A stretch of 27,388 bases of DNA from a virus (Duplodnaviria; Caudoviricetes), in IMG/VR virus record IMGVR_UViG_3300017913_000850, positions 1-27,388 of that record. The stretch is one strand, 5' to 3'. Below, piece by piece: positions 26,389 through 27,388 of this stretch. The position numbers and the translations under genes were made by a program. The notes under the pieces were generated by a model. The model was given only the letters and a program-made list of their open reading frames with translations. It searched no databases and was not told where the DNA came from. Each line of letters opens with the position of its first letter. Positions within the stretch are counted from its first letter, which is position 1.

Positions 26389-26416
26389 AGTATATCAGGT
26401 TATAGGTAGAAGTCAA
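26389..26416 (-). promoter_or_regulatory. Sigma70-type promoter P2 (TTGACT-16-TATACT)
   Basis: 5/6 matches in both hexamers; intergenic, downstream of a terminator. Confidence 0.65.
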
Positions 26417-26529
26417 ACCATGCTATGAGACGCTCAAATATCCCCGTATTCAAGAGATTATTGTAGAGGTAAGGGGTAGGTTAAGGGTATATATAATAAT
26501 AACGCCTTAAATCGCTAAATTTTAGACAC

Positions 26530-26553
26530 AAAAAACCCCCAATTAAGGGGGTT
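26530..26553 (-). terminator. Intrinsic terminator
   Basis: Minus strand AACCCCC TTAATT GGGGG TTTTTT, about 25 nt after the stop of the first early gene. Confidence 0.85.
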
Positions 26554-26576
26554 AGTTGCTAACTCTGGTTAGTGAG

Positions 26577-27146
26577 TTATTTCTGGTTCGCTACCTTCTT
26601 GATAGTCTTCTCTCTGGTCTTACCTGCTAGGACTACCTTTGATTGGTGGTCTGCGGTGAGTCTCTTCAATAGGTCTGACTGGTCTGCTATCGATAGACTA
26701 GCGAACGCCTTCTCAATGCTTGATATAACCTTCTTAGCATCTACGCTCATGGCATGGGGTTGTTTCTTAGTAGTATCGCCGTCTTTCTGGTTATTGCCAC
26801 CCTTACCACTGGTTGAAGGTAATGAGAATTTAACCTCTTGATTCTTGACGCTTACTTTCATTGTGTGCTTGACACCCAATTCCTTACCAATCTGACTCAC
26901 TCTAGTCTTAAAAGACTTCGCAGACTTCTCACTCTGGTGTATTAACTTGATAAGACCAATCCTTGACAATTTAATTCTACCTTGTGCCGTGGTGATATTG
27001 TCAGTGATGATATCCCCTAAAGTTTTGGCAGACTTCTCTAATGCCAATTCAGTGGTGAACCATTGACCAACCACCTTATCGCTATTCTTAACCATTGCTG
27101 TGAATGACTCTGCCTTCTTAACTACTTGATTATTAACATTTTTCAT
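26577..27146 (-). CDS. Basic (Lys-rich) 189-aa protein, first early gene, monocistronic
   Basis: ATG at 27146 with SD GAGGA; flanked by promoter P1 and a terminator. Confidence 0.8.
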   Translation of the reverse strand: MKNVNNQVVKKAESFTAMVKNSDKVVGQWFTTELALEKSAKTLGDIITDNITTAQGRIKLSRIGLIKLIHQSEKSAKSFKTRVSQIGKELGVKHTMKVSVKNQEVKFSLPSTSGKGGNNQKDGDTTKKQPHAMSVDAKKVISSIEKAFASLSIADQSDLLKRLTADHQSKVVLAGKTREKTIKKVANQK

Positions 27147-27202
27147 AAGTATTTCCTCTATATTTTTTATTAACACCCAGGAAAATCCCTGAGATGCTTC
27201 GC

Positions 27203-27232
27203 ATTATACACCCATAAAAAATTTTGTGTCAA
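27203..27232 (-). promoter_or_regulatory. Sigma70-type promoter P1 (TTGACA-18-TATAAT)
   Basis: Both hexamers are consensus. Confidence 0.8.
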
Positions 27233-27238
27233 CAATTA

Positions 27239-27254
27239 GCGTAAAGATTTACGC
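27239..27254. promoter_or_regulatory. Palindrome copy 5, GCGTAAAGATTTACGC
   Basis: Same arms with a different 2-bp centre; 6 bp upstream of the P1 -35 box. Confidence 0.85.
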
Positions 27255-27285
27255 TTTTTTATCAAAATATTCACAATCGCGGTCT

Positions 27286-27331
27286 TTTTCCCTTGCGATT
27301 TTCCCGTGTCCACTTGAGATTTTTTCCCGTG
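27286..27331. repeat. Three short direct repeats TTTTCCC(G/T)TG
   Basis: Copies at 27286-27295, 27299-27308 and 27322-27331 in non-coding DNA. Confidence 0.7.
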
Positions 27332-27388
27332 CTTAACCCCGCCCCCTAGGGAACCGCTTTAACTTGTGTGGGCGTGGGATAGCTCGCT

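Noticed and set aside
26417-26529. tRNA or other ncRNA in the gap between the terminator and P2
   Set aside because: No cloverleaf, T-loop motif or convincing stem found by eye.
14382-26841. Plus-strand ORFs within the minus arm (e.g. 15890, 21424, 23951, 25379, 26572) and alternate-frame ORFs inside nrdA and polA
   Set aside because: They overlap well-supported genes or chains of SD-bearing small ORFs on the minus strand.
22136-27254. Palindromes as CRISPR repeats, REP elements or terminators
   Set aside because: Only 16 bp, spaced 0.6-2 kb apart with genes between them, and no consistent U-tract on the transcribed strand.

Overview
This is an AT-rich segment of a lytic-looking, podovirus-like dsDNA phage genome with two convergent arms. 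The + arm (1-13362) holds late genes: the end of a tail-associated gene, four membrane or lysis-like ORFs, four tiny Lys/Arg-rich ORFs, tail adaptor, nozzle and needle-like genes in P22 gp4/gp10/gp26-like order, and putative ejection proteins. The - arm (13359-27146) holds early and middle genes: many small ORFs, GP88-like and DenV-like proteins, SSB, T7-like primase-helicase, family A DNA polymerase, three nucleases and class Ia ribonucleotide reductase. No RNA polymerase, integrase or recognisable repressor is present. The most notable signals are non-coding. (1) Five copies of the 16-bp palindrome GCGTAAA-NN-TTTACGC lie at gene junctions or a promoter of the early arm. (2) A perfect H-type pseudoknot lies just upstream of the SSB gene and resembles the T-even gene 32 autoregulatory element. 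(3) Three sigma70-type promoters each have a hairpin at the predicted transcript 5' end. Family names come from motif recognition only; no searches were run.
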